Source: Octopus sinensis (lineage: Eukaryota). Taken from it: a stretch of DNA of 14,404 bases. How positions within the stretch are numbered: position 1 is the first letter of the stretch; each line of letters starts with the position of its first letter. The position numbers and the translations under genes are program-made. Under the pieces are notes generated by a model, which did no database searches, was not told where the DNA came from, and saw only the letters and a program-made list of their open reading frames with translations. Of this stretch, positions 1 through 9,369 are shown piece by piece. The DNA lies in NCBI RefSeq assembly GCF_006345805.1, contig NW_021825709.1:1-14404 (forward strand), read 5' to 3'.

Positions 1-57
1 TGTATGTATGATTGAAGAAAACTGAAAGAATCCCGTCCCAGACACACGCGCACACAC

Positions 58-76
58 ATCTATCTATCTATCTATC

Positions 77-140
<64 letters not shown>

Positions 141-173
141 CCTATCTATCTATCTATCTATCTATCTACCTAC

Positions 174-242
<69 letters not shown>

Positions 243-287
243 CGTCTGTCTGTCTGTCTGTCTGTCTATCTGTCTATCTGTCTGTCT
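58..287. repeat. Compound microsatellite (TATC)n followed by (TGTC)n
   Basis: Read directly; it produces the spurious 12..317 ORF. A short SINE-body remnant (gaaaactgaaagaatcccgtc, 17-37) precedes it. Confidence 0.97.
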
Positions 288-316
288 CCCTCTGTACGTT
301 TATATACATATATATA

Positions 317-770
<454 letters not shown>

Positions 771-804
771 TAAAATAATGTACGGTTTACATTATTATAT
801 TACA

Positions 805-1192
805 CTAGCAGTATCACCCGGCGTTGCTCGGGTTTGTTTCGACCCTTTAGAATTGGAATTTTTGAAAAGTAAAACTTCTGCATTATGTAGCTTGTTATTC
901 TCTTCAAGTGTACATTTTTCTGGTTGAAATACACCGAAAAGTGGTGACACAGCAGTGAAAAAATCGTAAAAAATAGTGATTTTCATAGAAAAAAGCACCT
1001 TTTTGATGTAAATAATTTTTGTTAACATGGTCCGATTTGAAATTTATCTTCTACAGAAGGAAGAGCAAGCCTTCTTCTATCATACTCTCAATTTTGGTCA
1101 ACTTGCGCCGCAGAGTCTCGCAGGAGATATTGTTAGTTTAAGGCTACCAAACCTGCCGCACACAGACAACTTCAGCTTTATATAGAGAGAGA
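805..1192 (-). mobile_element. Non-autonomous Helitron (388 bp)
   Basis: On the minus strand it starts TC (1192-1191) after A and ends CTAG (808-805) before T. An imperfect GC hairpin cccggcgttgctcggg (817-832) lies 8 nt from CTAG. Termini match 9370-9663. Confidence 0.85.
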
Positions 1193-1913
1193 TAACACAC
1201 ACATTAATACACATACATACACACACACCCACATGTATGTATGTATGGATGTATGTATGTATATATGTACATCTGTCCACTTCTTGCCATATTGTTATCC
1301 TTCACTTCTTACACACACACACGCGCACACATACACACACACACCTTCTTAGCTTACAATTTTTTTCTTTCAACAATTGACAACTGAAGTACGCTCGCCA
1401 ATGAATACTACCAAAACTTAGCGAAAGATCTCAGTTTCCTTTTTTTTTTTTGAGGATTGGTTTAAGCATCAATAAGAGAAAGTAGCAGAATGTGTAATGT
1501 TGAATAAGAGTTGCAGAAAGAGGATATGATAGTGGTATACACTTGCAAAGAGAAAGTAGGAGAAAGTGTGGTAATGGCAAGAGTAAAGCATTTGAAATGA
1601 GAGAGGCAAATCGTAAAATATTGAGTTTTCTCGAATTTTTGCTTAATTGGGTGTGAAATTGAAAAAAAATGTATATGCCATGACCCAATCGAATCTACTT
1701 CGAAAAATCATAGGTAAATTCCAATTGAAGGAATTCTATATTGTACAATTGTATTAAAAAGAAACATAGTCACAGGCTGAGAAAATCTGCCTTTTATCAT
1801 AAGAGATACAAAGGAGGGAGCCTAATCTCCGAACAGTTGCTCAAAATATAATTTCCTCTAAATATTTATCAGACGAGACGCTTCACCGTTTATTATTTTA
1901 TTACGTGTGATAT

Positions 1914-2123
1914 ACTCTTTTACTTGTTTCAGTCATTTGACTGCGGCCATGCTGGAGCACCGCCTTTAATCGGGCAACTCGAACCCGGGACTTATTCTTT
2001 TTCTAAGCCCAGTACTTATTCTATCGGTTCTCTTTTGCCGAACCGCTAAGTAACGGGGACATAAACACACCAGCATCGGTTGTCAGGCAATGCTAGGGGG
2101 ACAAAGACACCCAAACACACACA

Positions 2124-2164
<41 letters not shown>

Positions 2165-2330
2165 CGACGGGCTTCTTTCAGTTTCCGTCTACCAAATCCA
2201 CTCACAAGGCTTTTGTCGGTCCGAGGCTATAGTAGAAGACACTCGCCCAAGGTGTCATGCAGTGGGATTGAACCCGGAACCATGTGGTTGGTAAACAAGC
2301 TACTTACCACACAGCCACTCCTGCGCCTAT
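1914..2330 (-). mobile_element. SINE family 1, full length
   Basis: Reverse complement of the 12727-13135 copy, from head (ggcgcaggagtggctgtgtggtaag) to tail (aaacaagtaaaagagt), with internal (TA)n. Confidence 0.92.
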
Positions 2331-2346
2331 ATAGATATATATATAT

Positions 2347-2377
<31 letters not shown>

Positions 2378-2378
<1 letters not shown>

Positions 2379-2544
2379 CGACGGGCTTCTTTCAGTTTCC
2401 GTCTACCAAATCCACTCACAAGGCATTGTCGGTCCGAGGCTATAGTAGAAGACACTTACCCAAGGTGTCACGCAGTGGGACTGAACTCGGAACCATGTGG
2501 TTGGTAAACAAGCTACTTACCACACAGCCACTCCTGCACCTATA
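2378..2544 (-). mobile_element. Tandemly duplicated 5' half of the adjacent SINE
   Basis: Repeats 2164-2330 at a 214-bp period and shares private variants with it. Confidence 0.88.
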
Positions 2545-3313
2545 TGTTTAAAGTTTGTAGGATACGTCAATGTGAATCAACTTTAATATTTTATTAGCAG
2601 CTTTATCGATCGGAGGTCAATTTATCGATCGAAGGTCAATTTAGTACTAACAATGAAGTTTGTTAGTTTATATCCATACTTTTCTCAAAAGACATTCTGA
2701 ATATCTGTTTGACATCGAAATACAAACATAAAAGAAGCCTTTATTAATTCAAAGCCTTAACTCTCTACTTGTTATGGTTGACCGCACTTCATCCAACAAC
2801 ATTAAACATGATATATCCAGGGTAAAAGGCAAAACAAATTAATCGAAAGTTATCGATATATTGCTAAGCTTATAAATACAGTCAACTTGTTTCAAGAGGT
2901 ATTGTTGCGGAGACGGGTGAATAGAAGCGGTCATTGATTGGAAAAGTAACGAAGCTGAGAGTGAAACTGATAGTTTATAAATAATCGTGAAAGCAAAGTA
3001 TTTTGGAAAGAAAGCAACAACAATATAAGACTCCAAGTTTGCGAACGTATTTGAGAAAAGCGAAATAACCTGCGGGCAAATTCTAGAGTCAGAGGGAACG
3101 AAGGTTCAAGGTGTACATCTTTCTTAATAAGAGAGTAAAAAATCTGAAGATATTGTTTTAAGGAGATATCATCTTCTTGAAGCTTGAACTGTGAAATATC
3201 TTAAGTTTATTCTTGAATTGTCGGAACGAAGAGAATAGAAAGGAATAAAAGAAATCCTGTTTATCGAAACTGGAAAAAAAGAAATATTAAAAGGCAGAAG
3301 TTATTGTTTCCAG

Positions 3314-3393
3314 TGAGATATGTCCGGTTGGTCGATTTTTAACTAAAAGTGAAGCTTCCTCAACAAACTCTGTAACAGTCATAAACCTTAAAG
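3314..3393 (+). other. Candidate upstream exon (80 nt) of the PAN-domain gene; 5'UTR or coding
   Basis: Acceptor ttattgtttccag| at 3313 and consensus donor AAG|GTAAGT at 3394. Open in frame with the next exon (EICPVGRFLTKSEASSTNSVTVINLK-G). Also holds an out-of-frame uORF, MSGWSIFN* (3319-3345). Confidence 0.55.
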
Positions 3394-3469
3394 GTAAGTG
3401 AATTAATGATATTAAGAATGAAAAGAGAGATAATTACTAAATTTGTTTTCATAATTCTATGATATGCTA

Positions 3470-3960
3470 CGACTCTAGCAGCTCTTAATAAACTCTCTTC
3501 ACTATTTCCTATAAAGGAGTCTATATCTACTCGAGCAAACCCCACGCAGCCTTCTGCTTATATTAACCCTCTTCCGTCCTTTCTAGGTATGTATAATCTT
3601 GCTATTCTTGCCCTTGGGTGGAGTCCTCCATTCATATTGAATTCCTTCCTAGTTCTTCTGACTACCTTTGCTAATTCAGTTATCCCCAATCTACAAAAGC
3701 TGCTGAGTATCTAAGTAATGATACGACCCGAGTATTTACGGCCTTCGCTAGATTCGAACCATTTATTTTGACATTATTAGCTTCCTCACCCTTCTGATGT
3801 ACTCCTTCTCAATTTTCGTTTTCATTTCTGTAGATAGTACTCTGGCAGATTCTAATACGTCTAGAAACTTATAACTCTCTCTTCCTTTCTATGATTTTTA
3901 TGTCTGGCCATCTGTTAAATGGATGCCTTCGCTGTTGACAACCTGTCTCCGTCTCATGGC
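3470..3960 (-). mobile_element. Decayed R4/Dong-like (RLE-type) non-LTR retrotransposon fragment, RT C-terminal region
   Basis: Manual translation: MRRRQVVNSEGIHLTDGQT*KS*KGRESYKFLDVLE...EMKTKIEKEYIRRVRKLIMSK/NGSNLAKAVNTRVVSLLRYSAAF...RRTRKEFNMNGGLHPRARIARLYIPRKDGRGLI*AEGCV. It has the LHPR..RLY.PRK.GRGL motif typical of this clade, with stops and frameshifts. Confidence 0.85.
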
Positions 3961-3973
3961 TAATATTACACAA

Positions 3974-4399
3974 GGCGGTGAGCTGGCAGAAACGTTATAG
4001 CACGTCGGGCGAAATGCGTAGCCGTATTTCGTCTGCCGTTACGTTCTGAGTTCAAATTCCGCCGAGGTCGACTTTGCCTTTCATCCTTACGGGGTCGATA
4101 AATTAAGTACCAGTTATGCACTGGGGTCGATGTAATCGACTTAATCCCTTTATCTGTGCTTGTTTGTCCCCTCTGTGTTTAGCCCCCCTGTGGGTAGTAA
4201 AGAAATAGGCATTTCGTCTGCCGCTACGTTCTGAGTTGAAAATCCGCCGAGGTCGACTTTGCCTTTCATCCTTTCGGGGTCGATAAATTAAGTATCAGTT
4301 ACGCACTGGCGTCGATGTTATTGACTTAATCCCTTTGTCAGTCCTTGTTTGTCCCCTCTGTGTTTAGGCCCTCTGTGTTTCGCCCCTCTGTGTTTAGCC
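3974..4399 (+). mobile_element. tRNA-derived SINE, family 2 (Meta-domain-like), two tandem body units
   Basis: Head ggcggtgagctggcagaa, B box gagttcaaattcc and Meta-like core gcctttcatcctttcggggtcgataaattaagtaccag. Units start at 4025 and 4210. Ends in three 14-15 nt ccctctgtgtttag-like repeats. Confidence 0.88.
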
Positions 4400-4485
4400 A
4401 GACAAATAGAGAAAGAGACAGAGAGAGATAAATAGACACACATGTATGTATGCTGTATACTTGTTTGCTTGTATATTTTTCAGGA

Positions 4486-4813
4486 ATGGAAACATCAATT
4501 CAATGTCATTTGATTCTCCTGTTGCTGCCAGCTTTGACGCTTCTAGTTTTCGTGACTCCGATGACTGGAGAGTCAGCGAACAGAAATGGTTTATTCAGAA
4601 AAATCTCTTCTTCAAAATGCATAAGTGACCAGAGAATAACAACTGCAAAAACGGTGTCTGTTACAAAATGTTCGATTTGGTGTATTTCACAAGACGAATG
4701 CCAATATTTTAGCTATTGTAAAGGTACATGTCATATGCATGGATTGTGGTACGACAAAGAAATCGAAGATTATGATTGCAACTGTTCATTGTATATTTCG
4801 TTCCCAGAAAACG
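4486..4813 (+). CDS. Exon: signal-peptide-like N-terminus plus PAN/apple-like domain of an uncharacterised extracellular protein
   Basis: Acceptor tattttttcag| at 4483, ATG at 4486, hydrophobic core LILLLLPALTLLVFV, pattern C..CSIWC..EC..FSYC..TC..CNC and donor ACG|GTATGT at 4814 (phase 1). Confidence 0.88.
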
Positions 4814-4875
4814 GTATGTAAATCAGCACTTTCTTGCATAATGTTCTGATTTTGATATATTTTAATCAATAAGAG

Positions 4876-5442
4876 GGCGGCGAGCTGGCAGAATCGTTAG
4901 CACGCCGGGCGAAATGCGTAGCCGTATTTCGTCTGCAGTTACGTTCTGAGTTCAAATTCCGCCGAGGTCGACTTTGCCTTTCATCCTTTCGGGGTCGATT
5001 AAATAAGTACCAGTTACGCACTAGGGTAGATGTAATCGAATTAATCGGTCTGTCTGTCCTTGTTTGTCCCCTCTGTGTTTAGCCCCTTCTGGGTAATAAA
5101 GAAATAGGTATTTCGTCTGCCGTTACATTCTGAGTTGAAATTCCGCCGAGGTCGACTTTACCTTTCATCCTTTCGGGGTCGATTAAATAAGTAACAGTTA
5201 AGCACTGGGGTCGATATGATCGACTTAATCCGTATGTCTGTACTTGTTTGTCCCCTCTGTGTTTAGCCCCTTGTGGGTAGTAAAGAAATAGGTATTTCGT
5301 CTGCCGCTACATTCTGAGTTGAAATTCCGCCGAGGTCGACTTTGCCTTTCATCCTTTCGTGGTTGATAAACTAAGTACCAGTTACGCACTGGGGTCGATA
5401 TAATCGACTTAATCTGTTTGTCTGTCCTTGTTTGTCCTCTCT
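4876..5442 (+). mobile_element. SINE family 2 (Meta-like), three tandem body units, third truncated
   Basis: Head ggcggcgagctggcagaatcg. Units start at 4925, 5109 and 5293 (184-bp period). Confidence 0.9.
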
Positions 5443-5794
5443 GGTAGAATGTGTTTATAAAACATCTTTTTCTCTTGGCTTTATTGAGAAAATTCTATAG
5501 TTTGTAAGATATTTGTTGTTGTTTTTCTTCAATTTCTGCAATTTCAATCAATCAATGACGTCTATTGAGGTGAAAGCATTCTGTGCAGTATGAATATGTC
5601 CCTCGTTTAAGAAACAGATTGGGTTTATTTACATTTGTGAAGAAAAAAAAATACCCTTCCCCTACCCCTAACCCTAACTAACCCTGACCCTAAAACAGAT
5701 AGAAATGCAATAGATCGATACTAGGGTCATAATTATGGGTGACATTTTCATATGACACCGCTAGAAAAAACCGCCGTTCAAACCGAAAAGATCC
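5441..5794. mobile_element. Fragment of a putative TIR DNA transposon/MITE ending ...ccgttcaaaccgaaaagatcc, with internal telomere-like repeats
   Basis: 5710-5794 recurs almost identically at 9266-9351 and both stop at the same GATCC end. Degenerate (CCCTAA)n at about 5660-5694. Confidence 0.55.
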
Positions 5795-6056
5795 GGAAAG
5801 TGAATACTTTACGGCTCTTTTCAATGATGAGTTTTTAAAATTTATTCTGCGAGAGACTGACAGTTATTTTAGTATTTGTACAAAATGAAAGTGAAAGTAA
5901 GTGTAAATATGACCCTGAGAAACAAAAGAAACAAAAGAGACGTTTTTTACCAGTTTGTCCAACACATTTATGTAACTCGTTCCTTCCATTTAAGGGCTAA
6001 CATCTTGTCTATACATTTACATGTAAATTGTTGATCTCTATTTATTGCTGATTCAG

Positions 6057-6148
6057 GTACAAGCTGGCAGGGAATGTTTAAAATGACCGAAAACTCATTT
6101 ACAAGAAGTCTTATTTATTTATACTGTGACAAATTTCCTATGGAAAAG
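6057..6148 (+). CDS. Internal exon (92 nt, phase 1 to 0): (G)TSWQGMFKMTENSFTRSLIYLYCDKFPMEK
   Basis: Acceptor ctctatttattgctgattcag| at 6056 and donor AAG|GTAATG at 6149. Open in the frame required by both neighbouring exons. Confidence 0.75.
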
Positions 6149-6177
6149 GTAATGAATTTTCTGCATTTAATAAACTT

Positions 6178-6282
6178 AGGAGTGGCTGTGTGGTAAGTAG
6201 CTTGCTTACGAACCACATGGTTCCGGTTTCAGTCCCACTGTGTTGCACCTTGGGCAAGTGTCTTCTACTGTAGCCTTGGGCC
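6178..6282 (+). mobile_element. SINE family 1, 5' head only
   Basis: aggagtggctgtgtggtaag...caccttgggcaagtgtcttctactgtagccttgggcc, then an abrupt break. Confidence 0.88.
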
Positions 6283-6304
6283 ACTCCTACACCTATGTTG
6301 ATAG

Positions 6305-6380
6305 TTCTTCTCTTCTTCTTCTTCTTCTTCTTCTTCTTCTTCTTCTTCTTCTTCTTCTTCTTCTTCTTCTCCTCCTCCTA

Positions 6381-6420
<40 letters not shown>

Positions 6421-6440
6421 TTAATATTATTATTATTATT
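6305..6440. repeat. (TTC)n followed by (ATT)n trinucleotide microsatellites
   Basis: Read directly; source of the poly-L/poly-I ORF 6240..6446. Confidence 0.97.
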
Positions 6441-6770
6441 GAGTGAGAGAGCAGTGCATGCCATCAAAGTGGCCCTGGGGTAAAATATATAAAGCCCAGT
6501 ATACCCATCATGACTACCCGTCTGATAAGGGTACATCAGGCACATGCATCACAACCATATGTGCGCGACATGGTGATCTCATATCAAGATAAAACAGCAC
6601 ATCACCTTGCAGGTGGGGCCCAGTCAGGATTTTCTTCTGGTCGAGTAACCAATCCCTCTCAAACGGTCCCTGAATAAGGGTTGTTTAAAGATGTTGAACG
6701 AATCCATGTTTCCAGAGGTGAATTATTCAATCCCCAAATAATCCCTCTCAATACATGGCTATGACCGTCA
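6381..6770 (-). mobile_element. Probable 3' end/UTR of a non-LTR retroelement with a (TAA)n tail
   Basis: A GC-richer non-coding block abuts a long (AAT)n tract with 3'-tail geometry. It resembles an interspersed octopus repeat from memory; single copy in this window. Confidence 0.4.
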
Positions 6771-6821
6771 CAATGACTAGAGGGTACAATGTTTAGTGGC
6801 TTTTAGTTACAGATTTTCACT

Positions 6822-6884
6822 TTCTGAGTTCAAGTTCCGTCGAGGTTTCCTTTGATTTACATCATTCTAGGGACGATAAAATAA
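6822..6884 (+). mobile_element. Degenerate Meta-like SINE remnant
   Basis: ttctgagttcaagttccgtcgagg...ggacgataaaataa aligns by eye to the family 2 B box and core. Confidence 0.6.
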
Positions 6885-7387
6885 CATGACAAACGTCATC
6901 AGATCGTAGTGAGAGGATTTCATAGACGTCAACATAACTAAGTGTGTTTGGAGATTGAATCGGTGTCTTGACCAGGAATACTTTTAGGTTTCAAAGGAGA
7001 CTGAACAAATGAATCAGAATATCGAATGATTCGTTCTTGTCATCGGTACGTTGGTGTAGGAAGACCGCAAGAGTTGAAAGGGATTGTGAGCATGGGAACT
7101 AATAAAAAGGCGATTTAAGGAGGAATTTGAAGAGCTGAAGTTGGATCGATTATGAATAAATATCTTGAAGTAGAACAACATGGGGTTTTATCTGTTAGGA
7201 TTGAAATAAGAATGGTGAGTGTTTATAAGTGTATAGGGTTGAGTAAACATGAGTTGGAGGAAGACGGAGAGAGATTATGAGAAGGTTCTGCGTCGGGAAG
7301 CAAAGCTGTTTGTCTTAAAGTCTGAAAGGAAGAGGTGGAAGGATGAAGTTTAGGTCGAAATTTGCAAATATGTAGATACTCTCTCTC

Positions 7388-7418
<31 letters not shown>

Positions 7419-7422
<4 letters not shown>

Positions 7423-7825
7423 TTTATCTTTTACTTGCTTCAGTCATTTGACTGCGGCCATGCTGGAGCACCACCTTTAATCGAGCAAATCGACCTCAGG
7501 ACGTATTCTTTGTAAGCCCAGTACTTATTCTATCGGTCTCTTTTTGCCGAACCGCTAAGTTACGGAGAAATAAACACACCAGCATCGGTTGTCAAGCGAT
7601 GGTGGGGGGGGGCAAACATAGACACACAAACATATACTCCCAAATACACATATATATATATATACGACAGGCTTCTTTCAGTTTCCGTCTACCAAATCCA
7701 CTCACTAGGCATTGGTCGGACCGAGGCTATAGCAGAAGACACTTGCCCAAGGTGCCACGCGGTGGGACTGAACCCGGAACCGTGTGGTTGGTAAGCAAGC
7801 TAATCACCACACAGCCACTCCTGCG
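7419..7825 (-). mobile_element. SINE family 1, near full length
   Basis: Homologous to 1914-2330. Its tail merges with (CT)n at 7380-7421. Confidence 0.9.
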
Positions 7826-8249
7826 GGACGGTAAAAACAAGAATGCTGTTCCCTCGACACGAACTTGAGAACAGGGTATATAGTAACACCCCACCAGGGC
7901 CAAAAGAACATGATGGACATACCTACACGTGTACCTACCCCCAACACCTACAATCCTTCTGGCATCTGCTTCCTACGTCCGTTCATCTCAGATAAAAAAA
8001 ACGGGTTGTTTGAAAGCCCCGTTTCTTGACGTCATCTCACTTCTCTTTTACTTCCGGTTCAGATGTCTCCCTTCATTTCTCCACAGGACATCAATGTGAC
8101 ATTGATGTGGGATTGATTCTTGCTATTTTTATCTTTTGTTTTTGTTTTTCTTCTGATTTTGTCAGGGTCTTCTACTTCCCACAAATGCAACGAAACTTTT
8201 GCAAAGACTCCGAAATCATAACTCCTTGGCCCTTAATCCGATTCTCTGT

Positions 8250-8530
8250 CTTATGAGTTACCCATCTTTTCCTCCTAAACCCCAAATCTTTCTCTCCTCT
8301 CTCTTAGCTTTGCCTTTCTAACGCTACATTGCATTTCGCTTCTTCTTCTCTCTCTCTCTCCTCCTCCTCCTCTCTCTTGTCTTCTCTAGTCTTTTTCTCT
8401 TGCACTCAAGTCTTACTCTTTCCCCCACTGTCCTCTCCATCTCCTTCTCGCCCTCCTACTCTCTCCTTATATCACATCGTAGTCTCCTTTCTCTTCCTAC
8501 AACTCTGTCCTCCCTCACTCTCTCATATTC
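8250..8530 (+). repeat. Extended low-complexity pyrimidine (CT-rich) tract
   Basis: About 280 nt of mostly C/T immediately upstream of the 8562 acceptor. Confidence 0.85.
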
Positions 8531-8562
8531 GTTACTGATCCGAGTTTATGTTCTATTTCCAG

Positions 8563-8733
8563 AAGGAATTTCGGTTGGAAATAGGAATTGGTCATATTAT
8601 AACTTTCAATGGAACAGGGATGAATTCTACATCGTGGCTGCATAATGAGAAAATCCTTTCTAATTCATATCCGGATTGGAAAAATCTGAAATTTACTTTC
8701 AATAAGAAGTATAAACAAACTCCTTATTCATAA
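8563..8733 (+). CDS. Exon: KEFRLEIGIGHIITFNGTGMNSTSWLHNEKILSNSYPDWKNLKFTFNK(KYKQTPYS*)
   Basis: Acceptor ttctatttccag| at 8562 (tandem CAGAAG), phase 0 matching the previous exon, non-repetitive protein-like composition. Ends at TAA 8731-8733 or splices at AA|GTATAA (8709). Confidence 0.75.
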   Translation, partial: KEFRLEIGIGHIITFNGTGMNSTSWLHNEKILSNSYPDWKNLKFTFNKKYKQTPYS

Positions 8734-8794
8734 TTAACACCTTCAACTAATTGTTCCATAAGTAATTCTTTTGAACACTTTCACTGTGTGTATA

Positions 8795-9029
8795 TAATTT
8801 AATTCAATTTTTATTGGCTCAAAGAGCAAAAGCAAGGCCATGTAGGGGGACAGGGAGTTATGTACAGGGAGGGTGGTCATACAAAGAGTTCAGGTCATTT
8901 CTGGTCAAGAGAGACTTTGAACCGAGCAGTCGTCGGCATCTTCACTATCTCGTCCGACAGCTTTTTCCACGGATCCACAACCCGGACGGAAAAGGCCCCT
9001 CTCCTTCGATTGAGATGAAATCGTCGTAG
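8795..9029 (-). mobile_element. 5'-truncated CR1-like LINE 3' end
   Basis: Minus translation LRRFHLNRRRGAFSVRVVDPWKKLSDEIVKMPTTARFKVSLDQK*PELFV* fits the CR1 ORF2 C-terminal FS.RVV..W..L...V....FK..LD motif. A short 3'UTR and aataaaaattgaattaaatta tail follow. Confidence 0.85.
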
Positions 9030-9180
9030 ATAGAGCTTTTCGGAGTGACCCCGCAGCCCACGTTAACTTTACAGATATACTTTATATCCCATTGTTGTAT
9101 AATATTATAGTTCCATAATAATAATCATTTCTTCCATAGGCAGAACGTCTGATAGTTTGTTGGGGGCGGGGGGGGGGGTT

Positions 9181-9265
9181 AGTCGATTGCATCAGTAACA
9201 GTGACAACTGGTAATTATTTCAACGATCCCCCACATATGTAAAAGACAAAATCGATTTCGGCAAT
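9181..9265 (-). mobile_element. Degenerate Meta-like SINE remnant
   Basis: agtcgattgcatc...aactggtaattattt...aaaagacaaaatcgatttcggc resembles the reverse-strand family 2 core. Confidence 0.55.
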
Positions 9266-9351
9266 ATAGATCGATACTAGGGTCATAATTATGGGTGACA
9301 ATTTCATATGACACCGCTAGAAAAAAACTGCCGTTCAAACCGAAAAGATCC
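9266..9351. mobile_element. Second copy of the GATCC-ended putative TIR element terminus
   Basis: Near-identical to 5710-5794. Confidence 0.6.
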
Positions 9352-9369
9352 CAAATTGTATATAAAACA

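Noticed and set aside
795-1028. 77-aa minus-strand ORF inside the Helitron
   Set aside because: No Rep/helicase motifs and it runs past the element's CTAG end.
2213-2551. 112-aa ORF with an internal repeat (also 7599..7868, 13414..13656, 13955..14203)
   Set aside because: Lie within SINE copies; 2213..2551 starts at an alternative codon and its repeat reflects the SINE duplication.
2830-3300. Purine-rich block that might be a decayed retroelement ORF (similarly 6900-7380)
   Set aside because: The frames translated by hand gave no recognisable motif; needs a translated database search.
4450-4485. Upstream Met of ORF 4450..4821 (likewise Met8548)
   Set aside because: Both lie in the pyrimidine tract before a clear AG acceptor and are best read as intronic.
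4876-5442. Regular repeats resembling a CRISPR array or satellite
   Set aside because: Units are 184-bp near-identical SINE bodies with no unique spacers, in eukaryotic context with no cas genes.
5660-5694. Chromosome end/telomere
   Set aside because: Only a few degenerate units, embedded in an interspersed repeat.
8026-8256. 76-aa ORF with a hydrophobic stretch
   Set aside because: Hydrophobicity comes from T-rich low-complexity DNA, the phase does not fit the gene model, and there is no donor.
8814-9029. + strand 71-aa ORF
   Set aside because: Antisense of the CR1 ORF2 3' end.
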